Shown here one piece after another: positions 12,625-25,242 of a stretch of 64,000 nucleotides of DNA (its first letter is position 1; each line of letters begins with the position of its first letter). Source of the stretch: Octopus vulgaris (lineage: Eukaryota). The stretch covers positions 28,272,001 to 28,336,000 of the forward strand of contig OX597828.1 of the NCBI GenBank assembly GCA_951406725.2, given 5' to 3'. The position numbers and the translations under genes were made by a program. A model generated the notes under the pieces. The model did not search any database, had not been told where the DNA came from, and was given only the letters and a program-made list of their open reading frames with translations.

Positions 12625-12770
12625 CATCATTATCATTATTATTATTATTATTATCATTATTATTATTATTATTATCATTATTATTATTATTATTATTATC
12701 ATTATTATTATTATTATTATTATTATCATTATTATTATTATTAATATTTATTATTATTATCATTATTATT
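12470..12770. repeat. (ATT)n/(ATC) microsatellite, ~300 bp
   Basis: Seen directly. Confidence 0.95.
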
Positions 12771-12826
12771 CCCTGAAACTATCTCTTTGTTGCAATGGAC
12801 TTCATTCCCAGCCACTAATTTTTTTT

Positions 12827-12864
<38 letters not shown>

Positions 12865-14056
12865 GTGAGAGCAGTTAATGTTGAGATCTGCTTGTCCTAC
12901 CATTCTTTATGCAAAGCAACTTGGTCTTTAGAAAACAGTAGCAACCATGTGACAGCACCAGAATTTAATAAGGATCCCCTTTTGTAAGGGTTAGAACCAT
13001 GTCCTTTCCAATCAAAGCCACGTAGCATGGACACACTAAGCACTGGCGTTAATGTAATTTTATTTGTGTATCTAAACATCTCGTATTACTTTCGGACAAA
13101 ACTGAACTGATTGTGTCTGAAAGCTTAATTTCTTTCATTCCCATCGCCCTTTCCTTCCTCATTATTCCTTTCATTTTCTTTATGTTTCATTCTATTTATT
13201 CCTTCTCTCATATATTTCTTCTTCTTTTCATTCTTTCACCTTTTATTGTTGTATCTGAATAATATCAGCTTTCATTCTCATTTGAAGAACAAGCAAAACC
13301 AAACTGGTGTTGACTTTTGCATAGATGCAGAAATTATTTCAGAACAGCATGAAAAAAAAAAAAAAAATGGATGTTAATTAACATTTGGATACGGTGAGGT
13401 GGTGGTGGTGGTGGTGGGTACATTATTTTCCAATCTGCTTTTGTCATTAACTAAATTACCGTTGATTGACAATAAGGTTGAAATCTTCTGTAAGTTTCCC
13501 TTCGAACGTTCTGTCACAAAAATGTCCTGCCAGTGGCGGTACCACTTACAAATGCACTGACCAATCAGATCACTCGCTGGCTTTTATATTTATAAAATCT
13601 TTGTTTTCCCATTGACACCTCTTTCTTCTACTGTCGTTTCGTCTTCCCTTTACATTTAGCAGCAGCAGCAGTAAAAGCGCCACCTTCCACATCTTATGCC
13701 TCCTCAATACCACCATCATTTATATCGTAAGAGCGTCATTCTAATTTAATAGTATACAAGCATCATTAATCATTAAAATCACAGAACTTAGTTTCACTGT
13801 TTCCCATCTTTCCATGAAACTCTTTATCAGAAGAAGTTATTTGGTGGTCCTAGTAATAATTGAATGAATCAATGTCTGCTCTTAGCATTCATTTTGTTTT
13901 TCTCCTTCCTTAAACTAGCCTTACAGCAAATGTGTTGAATGTGTATATTATATCGAAGCACACAGCGAAATAACTTTACAGTACCTCTAAATAAAAGTTG
14001 GTTGCAACTCAAACAACTCTGCCAATATTTCTAGTTGAAATGTTTACCATCTTTGG

Positions 14057-14397
14057 AGCTGGCAGAAACGTTAGCATGCAGGTCGAAATGTTTAGCAGTA
14101 TTTCGTCTGCTGCTACGTTCTGAGTTCAAATTCCACCGAGGTCGACTTTGCCTTTCTTCCTTAAAGGCAGCAAGCTGGCAGAAACGTTAGCACGCCGGGC
14201 GAAATGCATAGCCGTATTTCGTCTGCTGCTACGTTCTGAGTTCAAATTCCGCCAAGGTCGACTTTGCCTTTCGTCCTTTCAGGGTCGATTAAATAAGTAC
14301 CAGTTACGCACTGGGGTCGATATAATCGACTTGATCCATTTGTCTGTCCTTGCTTGTCCTCTCTATGTTTAGCCCCTTGTGGGTAGTAAAGAAATAG
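14057..14397 (+). mobile_element. SINE family B: partial copy followed by a full copy (14163-14397)
   Basis: Two gctggcagaaacgttagc heads in tandem; tail gtgggtagtaaagaaata. Confidence 0.85.
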
Positions 14398-14677
14398 ATA
14401 TTTGTGACATCATCATAATCATCATCATCATTTTAATATCTACTTCTTCATGCATCAGCTGAAAATTCATTTAAGCAGATATTCTACAGCCAGATGGCAT
14501 TTGTGTTGCCAGCCTTCACCTATTTCCAAGTGGGCTACCGTTTACCCACCCCATGGCAAGACATGCTTTCACTGAAGGTTGGAAATGAGTGACACTGCTT
14601 GCATGTTGGAGACACTCGTTCACAACAGTCATATGATGTCAAGACAAGCAGACTCAAACATACATACACACATAACC

Positions 14678-14710
<33 letters not shown>

Positions 14711-14757
14711 GTGAATTGAAGAAATGGAGCTGAACGAAGATTGAACAGAAATCGTTT

Positions 14758-14850
14758 TATTTCATTCTACACGTGTTTCGAAAGGCACAATTTACCAAAA
14801 TCCGATTGAATAATGAGACCATATTGTGTCTTTCTCTTCAGGAAGAAATA
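14758..14850 (-). ncRNA. Type I hammerhead ribozyme motif (inverted copy of 14900-14992)
   Basis: Reverse complement: tatttcttc CTGAAGA gaaagacacaa...ttgtgcctttc GAAA cacgtg TA gaatgaaata. Confidence 0.85.
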
Positions 14851-14899
14851 GGAAATCTGTTGGAAAAAACAAAAACAGAACAGATTCCAACGGATTTCC

Positions 14900-14992
14900 T
14901 ATTTCTTCCTGAAGAGAAAGACACAATATGGTCTCATTATTGAATCGGATTTTGGTAAATTGTGCTTTTCGAAACACGTGTAGAATGAAATA
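14900..14992 (+). ncRNA. Type I hammerhead ribozyme motif, intact core, extended stem II
   Basis: Stem I TATTTCTTC / GAAtGAAATA; CTGAAGA at 14909-14915; stem II GAAAGACACAA...TTGTGCTTTTC; GAAA at 14971-14974; palindromic stem III ACACGTGT; GUA cleavage triplet, predicted cut after 14982. Confidence 0.85.
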
Positions 14993-15195
14993 AAACGATT
15001 TCTGTTCAATCTTCGTTCAGCTCCATTTCTTCAATTCACCAATAATATTAAAATTCAATTATCTGCACCAACGCACGGTTGCAACACCATATGGTTGTAC
15101 CTCCAACCGTGCTGTCTTCTGCTGTGATTTTTGCTACCAAGGTATCGGTTAAACTTTTGATTAATCTGCTACAAGATTATTCATCTTTCTATTTC

Positions 15196-15235
<40 letters not shown>

Positions 15236-15331
15236 ACACATAACCATATATATAAATGTGACCGCGTGTGTACCTTTGTCGATTTGTTTTTTCCCTCTAT
15301 CTTCCCTTCTCTGGATCTTTCCTTCTCCTAT

Positions 15332-15366
15332 GTTTCCGACGAAGAGCTCCGGTCGAAACGTTAAAC
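15332..15366 (+). ncRNA. Degenerate minimal hammerhead motif in a short repeat flanked by (TA)n (element ~15232-15457)
   Basis: GTTT CCGACGA a GAGC tcc GGTC GAAA CG TT AAAC; palindromic AACGTT stem III; U4C substitution. Confidence 0.6.
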
Positions 15367-15452
15367 TCTCCTTCTTTCCTGAGCATCCAATAATACTATA
15401 TTTATTCCATGTCCTTGCGTTGTTGTGTTTTTGTGTGCTTTCTTGTTTGGAT

Positions 15453-15505
<53 letters not shown>

Positions 15506-16317
15506 TGCACTAAGTTTTGTCAGTGAACAGGTCACAGTTTCAAAATGATGAAAATATTTTGACAAAAATTAAATTTAAATGTTGAAGTTAATCTAACAGT
15601 CTTTTGTGTGTTCTTAAATCGCTTATAAACATCTTCCATGCTGCAATTGTTTTTGTTTCAGCACACGTTCTCAGATCAAGTTACTTGCTATGCAAGTACA
15701 TCTCTGTAATATATATGTTGGAGCAGTAACAGAGTGACTAAAGGTCTGAGAATTTCATGTGTTGGCACTTAGCAAACTAATCACAGGTCAAAGAACTATG
15801 AGTTTCTCTAGGTGTTGATAGATAAATATATTTCTCTCTGGATTGTTCTAGAATGAATCGTAATAATGTCACATGGATAATTCAAATTGTTTGCCTGTTA
15901 TGCCATTCAATAAGCAAATATATAAATAAATAATTAAAGAAAAAAATGAATGAGTAAAGAAATAGAGAGACAAAAAGAAAGAAATCTTGTGTGTGTTTGT
16001 GTGTGTATCTCTCTGTGTGTGCATGTGTCCATATATCTGTGTGTGTGTTTGTGTGTGTGTGTATAAATATGATTTGATAGATAGCTTTGTGAGTGGATTT
16101 GGTAGATGGAAACTGGAAGAAGCCCATCGTATAGACTTGTGATGGTGTGTTTATATCACCATAACTTAGTGGTCCAACAAAAGAGACCAATATAATAAGT
16201 TCCAGGCTTTAAAGTATCAAGTACAGAGGTCTTTTAATTAAAATTCTTCAAGGAGGTACCCCAGTCTAATGAGTGAAACAAGTACAAAAAAGTTGAAGCA
16301 AAAAGGATATATCTATA

Positions 16318-16370
<53 letters not shown>

Positions 16371-16379
16371 GTACGTCTC

Positions 16380-16720
16380 TTCTATTTTTTCATTATTATA
16401 AATCTTCCACAGAGGAGGGAACCGGTTTCAAACAAAGATACAAGGCTCCATCTTTGGGATGTAGTTAACCAAGACAAATTCACATTTGGAACTTGAGAAA
16501 AGTCTTGCATATTTTATCTGTTCCACTCTCAGATTGAACTTGTACCAATCAGCTGGTCGATTTCTCTTTCTGAAATTCCCAGTTTATCCAGATTCTCCTT
16601 TAAGCATTTAGATGTATGTATATAGGATCTCTGATTTACCTCTGAGTTTCTTGCTTAAAAGCAATTTACAAACTGTTTCTTTTCTGGCATCAGAGTTCCT
16701 TTCATATCGTTTTAGTTACT
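16380..16720 (-). mobile_element. Possible 3' end of an R4/Dong-like LINE
   Basis: Minus-strand KCLKENLDKLGISEREIDQL ... GTDKICKTFLKFQM* resembles the C-terminus of restriction-like-endonuclease LINEs; the 3' end abuts a (TA)n/(TACA)n tract. Confidence 0.45.
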
Positions 16721-17015
16721 GCCCAGATGTTGAAAGGATTGTACACAAGTGCACACACACACTCACATACTACAGTTAAATGACCTAAATTTGTATGCTG
16801 TTGGGAAGGCAGCATTCTGATTTTAAAACAAAATTATGTTGTTCTCCAAGAAAGAAAATATTTTGGTGATCTTTCTGATTTTTCTCCTTGAATTATGCTT
16901 CTTTTCATCTGTCTATCTGTATATCTGTCCCTTTCTCTCTCTGAGAATATATATATATATATATGTATATATATACAGTCAAAAATTGTGAAGCATGACT
17001 GTCACCACTACTACA

Positions 17016-17060
17016 TGAACCTGAAGATTGCAGAATTTAATGCATGAAAGTACTAGTTCA
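17016..17060 (+). ncRNA. Minimal type I hammerhead ribozyme motif
   Basis: TGAAC CTGAAGA tTGCA gaatttaa TGCAt GAAA GTAC TA GTTCA: 5-bp stem I, intact core, palindromic AGTACT stem III, CUA triplet. U.U at the base of stem II. Confidence 0.8.
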
Positions 17061-17238
17061 ATCAGAATGAACATTTAACATTCTATTATTTTATTTTATT
17101 TTATTATATTATATTATATTATCTTATATCATTATAAGATTGTAAATAAAACGTGAAAATCAGACAAGGTTTGAATTCCTTTTATTAATATATATATATA
17201 TCATGCTAGCATGGAAAACGGACGCTAAACGATGATGA

Positions 17239-17287
<49 letters not shown>

Positions 17288-17290
<3 letters not shown>

Positions 17291-18555
17291 GGTGCAGTGA
17301 ATAACCTGTCGTCTTAATACACAAAAATAAAAATAACACTGACATCTCCTTTTAACTGATATATTTACCAAAATTACATAGAGATATATTGAAATGCTAA
17401 TGAGTAAATTTATTCAATAAAATCTCCATTGGCTTCAACCACGGCCTCCAGATGACATCGGAATCTCCTGCAACTCTTCCGGATGGTCTCCTTTTTTAAG
17501 TTGGTGAATGCTGCCATGTGCCTTGCCTTCAGTTCATCTTTGGTGTAACAAGGAGTTTTCTTGGTCTCTTGCTCAACTGTGCCCCACACATAATAATCAA
17601 GGGGGTTGCAGTCTGGGGAGTTAGGTGGCCAGATTTTAGGGGTGATGTAGTCACAGAAATTGTCTGACAGCTATGGCTGAATTGTTTGACAGCCATGACA
17701 ATTGTCTAACAGCTAGCAGGTTCTCCTGCTTGTGTGGCATGATGCAGAGGCCTGTTGCCAGATCTAGCGTCTTCCAGCAACCACCCTCTTGACCCAGGGC
17801 AGCTCTACCTCCTCCAGGCACTTGATGTAGGCCTCTGTGTTGAATCTAAGGCTGTGTGGGAAGATGATTGGAGGCATAGCGTCACCATTACTAGTGATCA
17901 CTCCAAACACCATGATGTTGACTAGATGTTTGATTTTTATCACTCTTAGTATGTTTTGGGGACACAGCAAGCCAACAGTTGTTCTGTGTGTTCACCATCT
18001 GATTCTGGCAAAAACTTTTCTTGTCTGAGAAAAACCAAAGGAATGTTTGAGTTTGCTTAAAATCTTCATAGCACAGTTAGGTAGCCAGATGTTATGGGGA
18101 TTGAGATAGCAATTGGCCCTTTCTCATCTTGTATTAGAAATACCAAATGTTTTCATGCACTACCTGCCTGATAAGAAACTCAGGCACTCCCATGCCCCTG
18201 GAGGGATCATTGTCAACCATGGCCTGGACTTCACCAATGAATTCAGCAGTTCTTTTCTCATCAGAACGACCACAGTGAGTTTTCTGAGCTGCTGTACCTT
18301 TGTAGTCTCCAGAGTCATCCAACTCTTTTCGAATCTTCAGCTCTATCCTCAGATTGACCCCCAAACACTCTAAAATGTTCATATTGGAGCTTCCAGGGTG
18401 AATGCCAAGCAATACAGCATGTCACATCCAAATTTCTGGTAGAGTGAAGTGCATCATGACACTGTTTTTTACACAGATGGTGCCCGACTCACCCTACAAT
18501 GCACATGCACAAAATTAAAAATTTATAATGGTGACAATTTACACATTGCACCCTG
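17288..18555 (-). mobile_element. Decayed full-length Tc1/mariner transposon (DDxD, maT/rosa-like)
   Basis: TA|CAGGGTGCA ... TGCACCCTG|TA termini. Minus-strand transposase remnants: MVFGVITSNGDAMPPIIFPHSLRFNTEAYIKCLEEVELPWVK, IWPPNSPDCNPLDYYVWG (17584-17634) and C-terminus LEAVVEANGDFIE* (stop at 17410). Frameshifted. Confidence 0.9.
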
Positions 18556-18559
18556 TATT

Positions 18560-18943
18560 TCAAGCACTGGACCTCATGGAAGCAAAGTGGCTAGGTTCCT
18601 TTTGAGTGTTGGGCCTCATGGAGGCAATGACCAAGACCTTTGGCATTATGTCATTCTTGAGAAGAAGACCCATCAAGCTGAACAAAATCACAGTTGTGGC
18701 AGATACTGGTGTCACACAAATTAGCACCAGTAAATGCACCCACCCCGGTGTCATACAAATGGCACCCATGCTGGTGGCAAATAAAAGCACCCATTACACT
18801 TTCAGAGTGATTGGCATTAGGAAGGGCATCCAGCCATAGAAAACCATACCAACTCAGACTGGAGCCTGGTGCAGCCTTCCAGCATGCCGACCCAGTCAAA
18901 CTGTCCAACCCATGCTGGCATGGACAACATATGTTAAATGATG

Positions 18944-18945
<2 letters not shown>
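18560..18945 (+). mobile_element. Retroposon family C
   Basis: Same 3' domain and (GAT)n tail; shares its 5' part with 42963-43385. Confidence 0.8.
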
Positions 18946-19015
<70 letters not shown>

Positions 19016-19611
19016 CATACATAATGCATCTAAAAGTATGTATATGAATGCATGTGTGAATAAATGAATATATAGATACACAAGCACACACAACTGTATA
19101 TGCACACACAACTGTATATGCACACACAGACACTCAGACGAATGTGTATAAAAGTATTTAGAGACATATGTTTATATGTACAGTGTCTGTCTGTCTGTCT
19201 GTGTGTCCCAGAGTAAATTGCTATTGGTTTCTATAGGTATGGTCTTCCTTTTCATCATGGACATTTCCAGTTAAGGTAATTACTCAAGTGTCTATAATAG
19301 CCAGATGGCTAAACACTGTAAGCGAATGCTGTCACTAATGGTACTTTGCAGATTATATTGCTGTGAGTGTACCTAAATGAGTTCACAAGGTTATTGTAAT
19401 TAACAGCTATTTGATAGTTGATAATAAGCCTTATTGCACAATGTTTAACCTTAAAGTGACCACAATGCAACATTGCACATACAGACACTGTGGTAATTGC
19501 TCATACACTCTCACTGTATATTTATGTATTTATATAGACACATACATGCACACACATATAGCTTTCTATCTACATATACTCTACGTATGTATGTATGTAT
19601 ATATATATATG

Positions 19612-19670
<59 letters not shown>

Positions 19671-19892
19671 GTAAGATCATCATCATCATCATTTAAAGTG
19701 CATTTTCCATCCTGGTTAATTCTAATCTGAAGCTAATTCAGGTAAAATTTTTAGACCTCCCAATTCTTCAAATTATGCCTTTAAAACAGTGAGTAGACTC
19801 TTTTTTCCATGCTTTCCTCTTTTCTCTTCTTACTACTTGGTTCGTATAATGGAACCTGTGACTCTTTTTCAATATATCAAGTGTGAGTGTGA

Positions 19893-19894
<2 letters not shown>

Positions 19895-19927
<33 letters not shown>

Positions 19928-20102
19928 TGTATGTATTTATGTATGTATGTATGTATGTATGTATGTATGTATGTATGTATATGTATGTATGTATATATTA
20001 TATATATATATATGTATATATATATGTATGTGTATATTTATATATATATATATATATATATTATTATTATATATATATATATATGTATATGTATGTATAT
20101 AT

Positions 20103-20158
<56 letters not shown>
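19895..20158. repeat. (TATG)n + (TA)n microsatellite
   Basis: Seen directly. Confidence 0.9.
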
Positions 20159-20161
<3 letters not shown>

Positions 20162-20848
20162 CTCTGGATTGCAAAAATAGCTACTAACAGTTTCATGTAG
20201 TGGAGATAAAATAATTTGGCAGATTTATATACCATGTCATGTATCTCCAAGCAATCCTTGAGGCTCAGTGCATATTGTCAATCCTATTAGAAAACCAGGG
20301 CACTGGTCTATGAGAAAATATGGCAAAAATAATATCAAGAAGAAGATTGATGCAAAAGGTGGAATGAGTAGAAGGAAAAGAAAGTCAAGATATGTGTCCC
20401 TTTTGTCTCTAGAACTCATAATTAATCTAGATACTGCAGAATAATATAACAGAGAGGAGGCCAAAGTCTGTGAGATGGCTACTCAATCCAGAGAGGTTTG
20501 TGTCTTCCAGTGTGAGAAAAGAAATATATGCTAAAAATTTTGCTTCTGGAATTAAGTAGTGTAATGGAATTCTAGGTTCTAAAAAGAATGTGTGATCCTT
20601 CAACTACCTAGACAAAAGTCTAGGCAAGTTATTATAAGGAATTTTGTGTCTCCAAGCAGTCTTCGGGATCTGAGTACATGGTTTATTCAGTTTGCAAATC
20701 AGGGCCTTGGTACAAGAGAAGTCACAAGAAAAACCAGAAGAAAGTAAATTCAAAAGGTGCAAGGGTGAATAAAAATAGAATGTATATGGTTGGTAATACA
20801 TATGGAATAGAACTCAGTACATGATTCTCTCTCTCTCTCTCTCTCTCA

Positions 20849-20898
<50 letters not shown>

Positions 20899-20900
<2 letters not shown>

Positions 20901-21097
20901 TCTTTACTCTTTTACTTGTTTCAGTCATTTGACTGCGGCCATGCTGGAGCACCGCCTTTAATCGAGCAACTCGACCCCAAGACTTATTCTTTTGTAAGCC
21001 CAGTACTTATTCTATCGGTCACTTTTGCCGAACCGCTAAGTGACGGGGATGTAAACACACCAGCATCGATGCTAAGGGGACAAACACAGACACACAA

Positions 21098-21138
<41 letters not shown>

Positions 21139-21308
21139 CATTTATACGACAGGCTTCTTTTCAGTTTCTGTCTCCCAAATCCACTCACAAGGCTTTGGTC
21201 GGCCCGAGGCTATAGCAGAAGACACTTGCCCAAGGTGCCACGCAGTGGGACTGAACCCGGAACCATGTAGTTGGTAAACAAGCTACTTACCACACAGCCA
21301 CTCCTGCG

Positions 21309-21312
<4 letters not shown>
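20899..21312 (-). mobile_element. SINE family A, full length, within (TA)n
   Basis: Ends ...cagccactcctgcgcct; (TA)n on both sides. Confidence 0.88.
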
Positions 21313-21344
<32 letters not shown>

Positions 21345-21442
21345 TGTTTGTTTTTATGTTCAGTTGTAATAAAAACAATTCTACATAAATCTGATGGGTT
21401 ACTCTATGCCTTTGTTGAGTACAAATCTATTATTCTTACACA

Positions 21443-21551
21443 AGAATGTCGTTGACAGTGACTGCGAAGCTTCACCCAGCTAAGCCATGACTGGACAGTC
21501 TAACAATGGCTTAGCTGGCTGAAACTTAGAAGTCACTATCAACAACATCCT
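21443..21551. ncRNA. Fold-back of two decayed hammerhead motifs (plus copy 21494-21540)
   Basis: Plus copy: GACAGT CTAACAA tGGC ttagctg GCT GAAA CTT ag AAG TC ACTATC. The left arm 21443-21488 is its reverse complement with a few changes. The right end abuts (TA)n. Confidence 0.55.
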
Positions 21552-22246
21552 ATATATATATTTATATAATTAATAAGTACCATTCACAAAACTGTTTAAC
21601 TTCTCCCAAGAAACACAGATAAACAGATGGGTGGGTAGACTTTTGCTCAATTTATGTCCCAAAGAAATCTCCCTTTCATAGCTTCAGTTGACCTGGCGCT
21701 AATTTAGAAAACACTCACTCAAAGTGTTTTGTGTGGTGGGACTGAATAATTAATGGTATTCAGTTATGTCCATTTGTATTCAGAGTTCAACTCCCAACTG
21801 GGTCAACTTTATTTTTCATTATCCTGTGCTCATAGGCAATACCAGACTAGCACAATTTGAACCCACTTCTCCTAGTTAACTATTTTAACTGTTATTATGA
21901 TTTTGAATATTATGATTATTACGTGGACATGCCTACAAAGTCAGAAAACAACACAGCTCCCATGACTTTCGGAAACATTTTTTCATGCTCAGAGTTGCTG
22001 AAGCATGGAATAAACTGCCTGCGTCAGTTGTTCACTGCCATGACACTGCATCCTTTAAGGCCCTCATGCTTTCCGAAATCCGCCGAAACTACACCTGATT
22101 ATATATACACTTTAGATGAGTTGTAGTGCACCTGAGCACTGTACACAATTATTATTATTATTATTATTTATTATCATTGGTTATTATCATGTTAGCTCTA
22201 TATTGCCAAACTCTTACCGATGTGTTCTCTAATTCTTTCTTTGCAG

Positions 22247-22359
22247 AAACTGACTGCTGATGACAAATATCTCGTAACTTGTGACAGAGATGAAAAGATA
22301 CGTGTCTCTCACTTCCCAAATGCTTACAACATTTATTCCTATTGTCTTGGCCATACTGA
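22247..22359 (+). CDS. WDR4: Internal coding exon of WDR4/TRM82 (non-catalytic WD40 subunit of the tRNA m7G46 methyltransferase)
   Basis: Polypyrimidine tract and acceptor (ttctttctttgcag) end at 22246; donor gtaagt starts at 22360. The 113 nt (phase 0 start, phase 2 end) translate to [37 protein letters not shown](E), which matches the WDR4/Trm82 motif '[10 protein letters not shown]....P..I..FCLGH.E'. No other exon recognised in the window. Confidence 0.93.
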
Positions 22360-23252
22360 GTAAGTAAAGACTTCATTATCATTCTTCTGATAAAACATTG
22401 CCCAATCATATAAGTACAATTATGGCCATGGGCTTGAGAAGTTTGCTTTGCGACCCTATGGTTTGGGGGTTCAGTCCCACTACTTGACACCTCGTGTAGG
22501 TGTCTTCTTCTATAAACCCAGACCAATCAGAACCTTGTAAGTAAATTTGGTAGACAGAAACTGAAAGAAGCCCATCATATATGTATGTATGCTTATAAGA
22601 GTAAATACCTAATCTTCCTCTTTTCAGAGCTTCACTCCATTCAAAATTTACTTTCTTGTCTGTAAAATACAAAATTACATTCAACACTTCCAAAGTTTGT
22701 TTTTAAAACGTTGTCACATTTGTAAAGCTATTATTTAGCATCAAAATTGATGCAATTGTTGTCAGGAGCAGTTTAGCTTAATGATAGAGTACTCAGTTCT
22801 ACAATTAACTGAGGAGTACAATTTCAATTTCCATAGTTGCCTGTTGGCAACTTCCACACATGCACACATATATATACCCCTACCTAAAAATATAATTTAT
22901 ATATATATATATATATAGTTGGTATAAGGAAGGGCATCCAATTGTAAAATCCCTGCCAAAACAGACACAGTAGCCTAGGGTAGTTTTTCTACCTGGCCAG
23001 CTCCTATTAACCATCCTACCCATGCATTCTTGGAAAATGGATGTTAAACAATGATGATGATGATGATATATATATATATATATATATATGGATCAAAACA
23101 GCTTGATTCAAATTCATTGGCACTCCGAGTTTCAAGCTTGATGAGTGCCCTTCTTTCATTTGTCCACTCACTCATATACATATATATATATACACATACA
23201 CACACATATATATACACATATATATGTATATATACATACTTATATATACATC

Positions 23253-23286
<34 letters not shown>

Positions 23287-23320
23287 CTAGAGAAGTATGC
23301 ACTCATATATTGGTCAATCG

Positions 23321-23594
23321 AGTGTACAGTATTATAGATCCATTTCACCCAGTCTTACAAAACAGTTTCACACTGGGAATCGAACCAGATGTTAGATAAC
23401 AATACCCATGAACTGGATGAGCTTTTTCCCAATTCTCATAACTGAGAGCTGTCACCGCATATTTTTCCCATATGTGCCAGCTCTGACAACCATATGGTGT
23501 TATATAACTGAACTGTTATCTAACATCTCGTTTCGTATCCAGTGCAAAACCAAGTTGTAAGACAGGCCATAATGGATATATAATACTCTACACT
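23321..23594. mobile_element. MITE-like element with ~80-bp imperfect terminal inverted repeats
   Basis: agtgtacagtattatagatccatt...agatgttagataaca (23321-23401) pairs with tgttatctaacatct...aatggatatataatactctacact (23514-23594). Confidence 0.7.
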
Positions 23595-24947
23595 TTAATT
23601 TCTATCTACCAAATTCATTTACAAGGCACTGGTCAGCCTGGGGTTTTAGTAGAAGGCACTTACTCAAGGTCTGCACAGGAGGATTGAACCTGATACTTCA
23701 CAGTTGCAAACCAAGTTTCTTAACCACACAGCCATGCCTGCTCCTATTTACGTATGAACATTTTTAAAAGACTAGCATTTTTATATCATTGAACTCAGGG
23801 TTTGAACTAAAGGGTTAAAATGTTAATTGACTTTGTTCAAGTTTTGTGAATGGAAAACCATTCGATATTTTGTTTCCAAATCTTTTCTGCATTATCAAAT
23901 TTTGTACAAGAGTAAATAAAGTAAATAGTTATATATTTATTATAACCTTGACTATTCTATCTAAAAGAAGTTACCCTCACTTGGGACTATATATTTGCAC
24001 TATTAAATATGTGTCCATATACGTACATAGATATACCTGCATATATACACACACAAACACATATATATTTATATTAACGTACATACATATATATTTGTAT
24101 AGCTTTCATCTCCAGTTCATATTCCTTTTATTCTTTGATTTTGGCCGTAAATTGCTGCTGCAATAGTTTCATCGTTCATATTCCAGTGTTATTTCTGACA
24201 TTAATCACTCATCTGTGTAGTGGGTGTTTGCACCTATCTTTCACACGCTAACGTTAACCGTAGCAAGTTGGCTATTCTGTCTCCTTGCATAAGCACAAGC
24301 CACAATACTAGCAGAAAAAAGGTAAAAAAAAAAAAATTAAAAAATAATAATAAAAAAAAAACTGTAAAAGTCATGGCCATTTGGTAATGACTTCATCACC
24401 TTAACTACACAAATACTGTTTCTCTGCTATTTCATTAATGTATTATACCATTAATTTCGCAAGACTTTTTCTTTCAGTTTTTTTTTTTTTATATATATTT
24501 TTTTGATGTGATTGTCTTTTTATGTATGATTTTTTTTACCCCCCCCTCATTTTTGTTATTCCACACTTAGTGCAATGTTTGAAGCTTAAAGACTAAAGTC
24601 ATTGATACATCAAATACTCTCCTGCTGTTGCATGGCCTATGACTGACATATACACACATTTATGTGTGTGTGTGTGTGTGTGGAAAAGCCCCTTTCTTTT
24701 TGTTTCACAAACAAGAACATCCTTTTTCTTTGTCTCTTCTTCATTGTTTCTTCTTCAGCTTCATCACTAACATCATCCCCATCATCATCATCATAATCAT
24801 CATCACTAGTGACATCATCATTGGTGTCATTATGTGTAAAAAGATAAGGATAAAAAAGCTGATTTATATACCAACCAGTTTCATTACTCAGTTAATATTG
24901 TATGTTTAGCATTTAATATAAAGAAGAGAATAAAGCTTGCCAATACA

Positions 24948-24999
24948 GCATATATATACATATATATATATATACATATATATGTATATATATATATTC

Positions 25000-25030
<31 letters not shown>

Positions 25031-25073
25031 TATATATATATATACACATATATACATACATATATATATATAC

Positions 25074-25134
<61 letters not shown>

Positions 25135-25194
25135 ATACAACTCAATTTGTATATATATTTATATATATTTTCATATATATATATAAATATATAA

Positions 25195-25240
<46 letters not shown>
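24948..25240. repeat. (TA)n microsatellite
   Basis: Seen directly. Confidence 0.9.

Positions 25241-25242
<2 letters not shown>

Larger units (their letters stand above)
14702..15048. repeat. Near-perfect inverted repeat, 164-bp arms, 19-bp spacer
   Basis: Arms 14702-14865 and 14885-15048; 3 differences counted by eye. Sits in a ~500-bp element between (TA)n tracts. Confidence 0.95.

Noticed and set aside
16415-16460. Minus-strand GAAACCGGTT resembling a hammerhead 3' half
   Set aside because: Core reads CCAAAGA, no stem I; lies in a probable LINE 3' UTR.
23115-23162. Minus-strand TGAAAGA...GAAACTCGGAGTG motif between (TA)n tracts
   Set aside because: Core, cleavage triplet and stem I are all degenerate.
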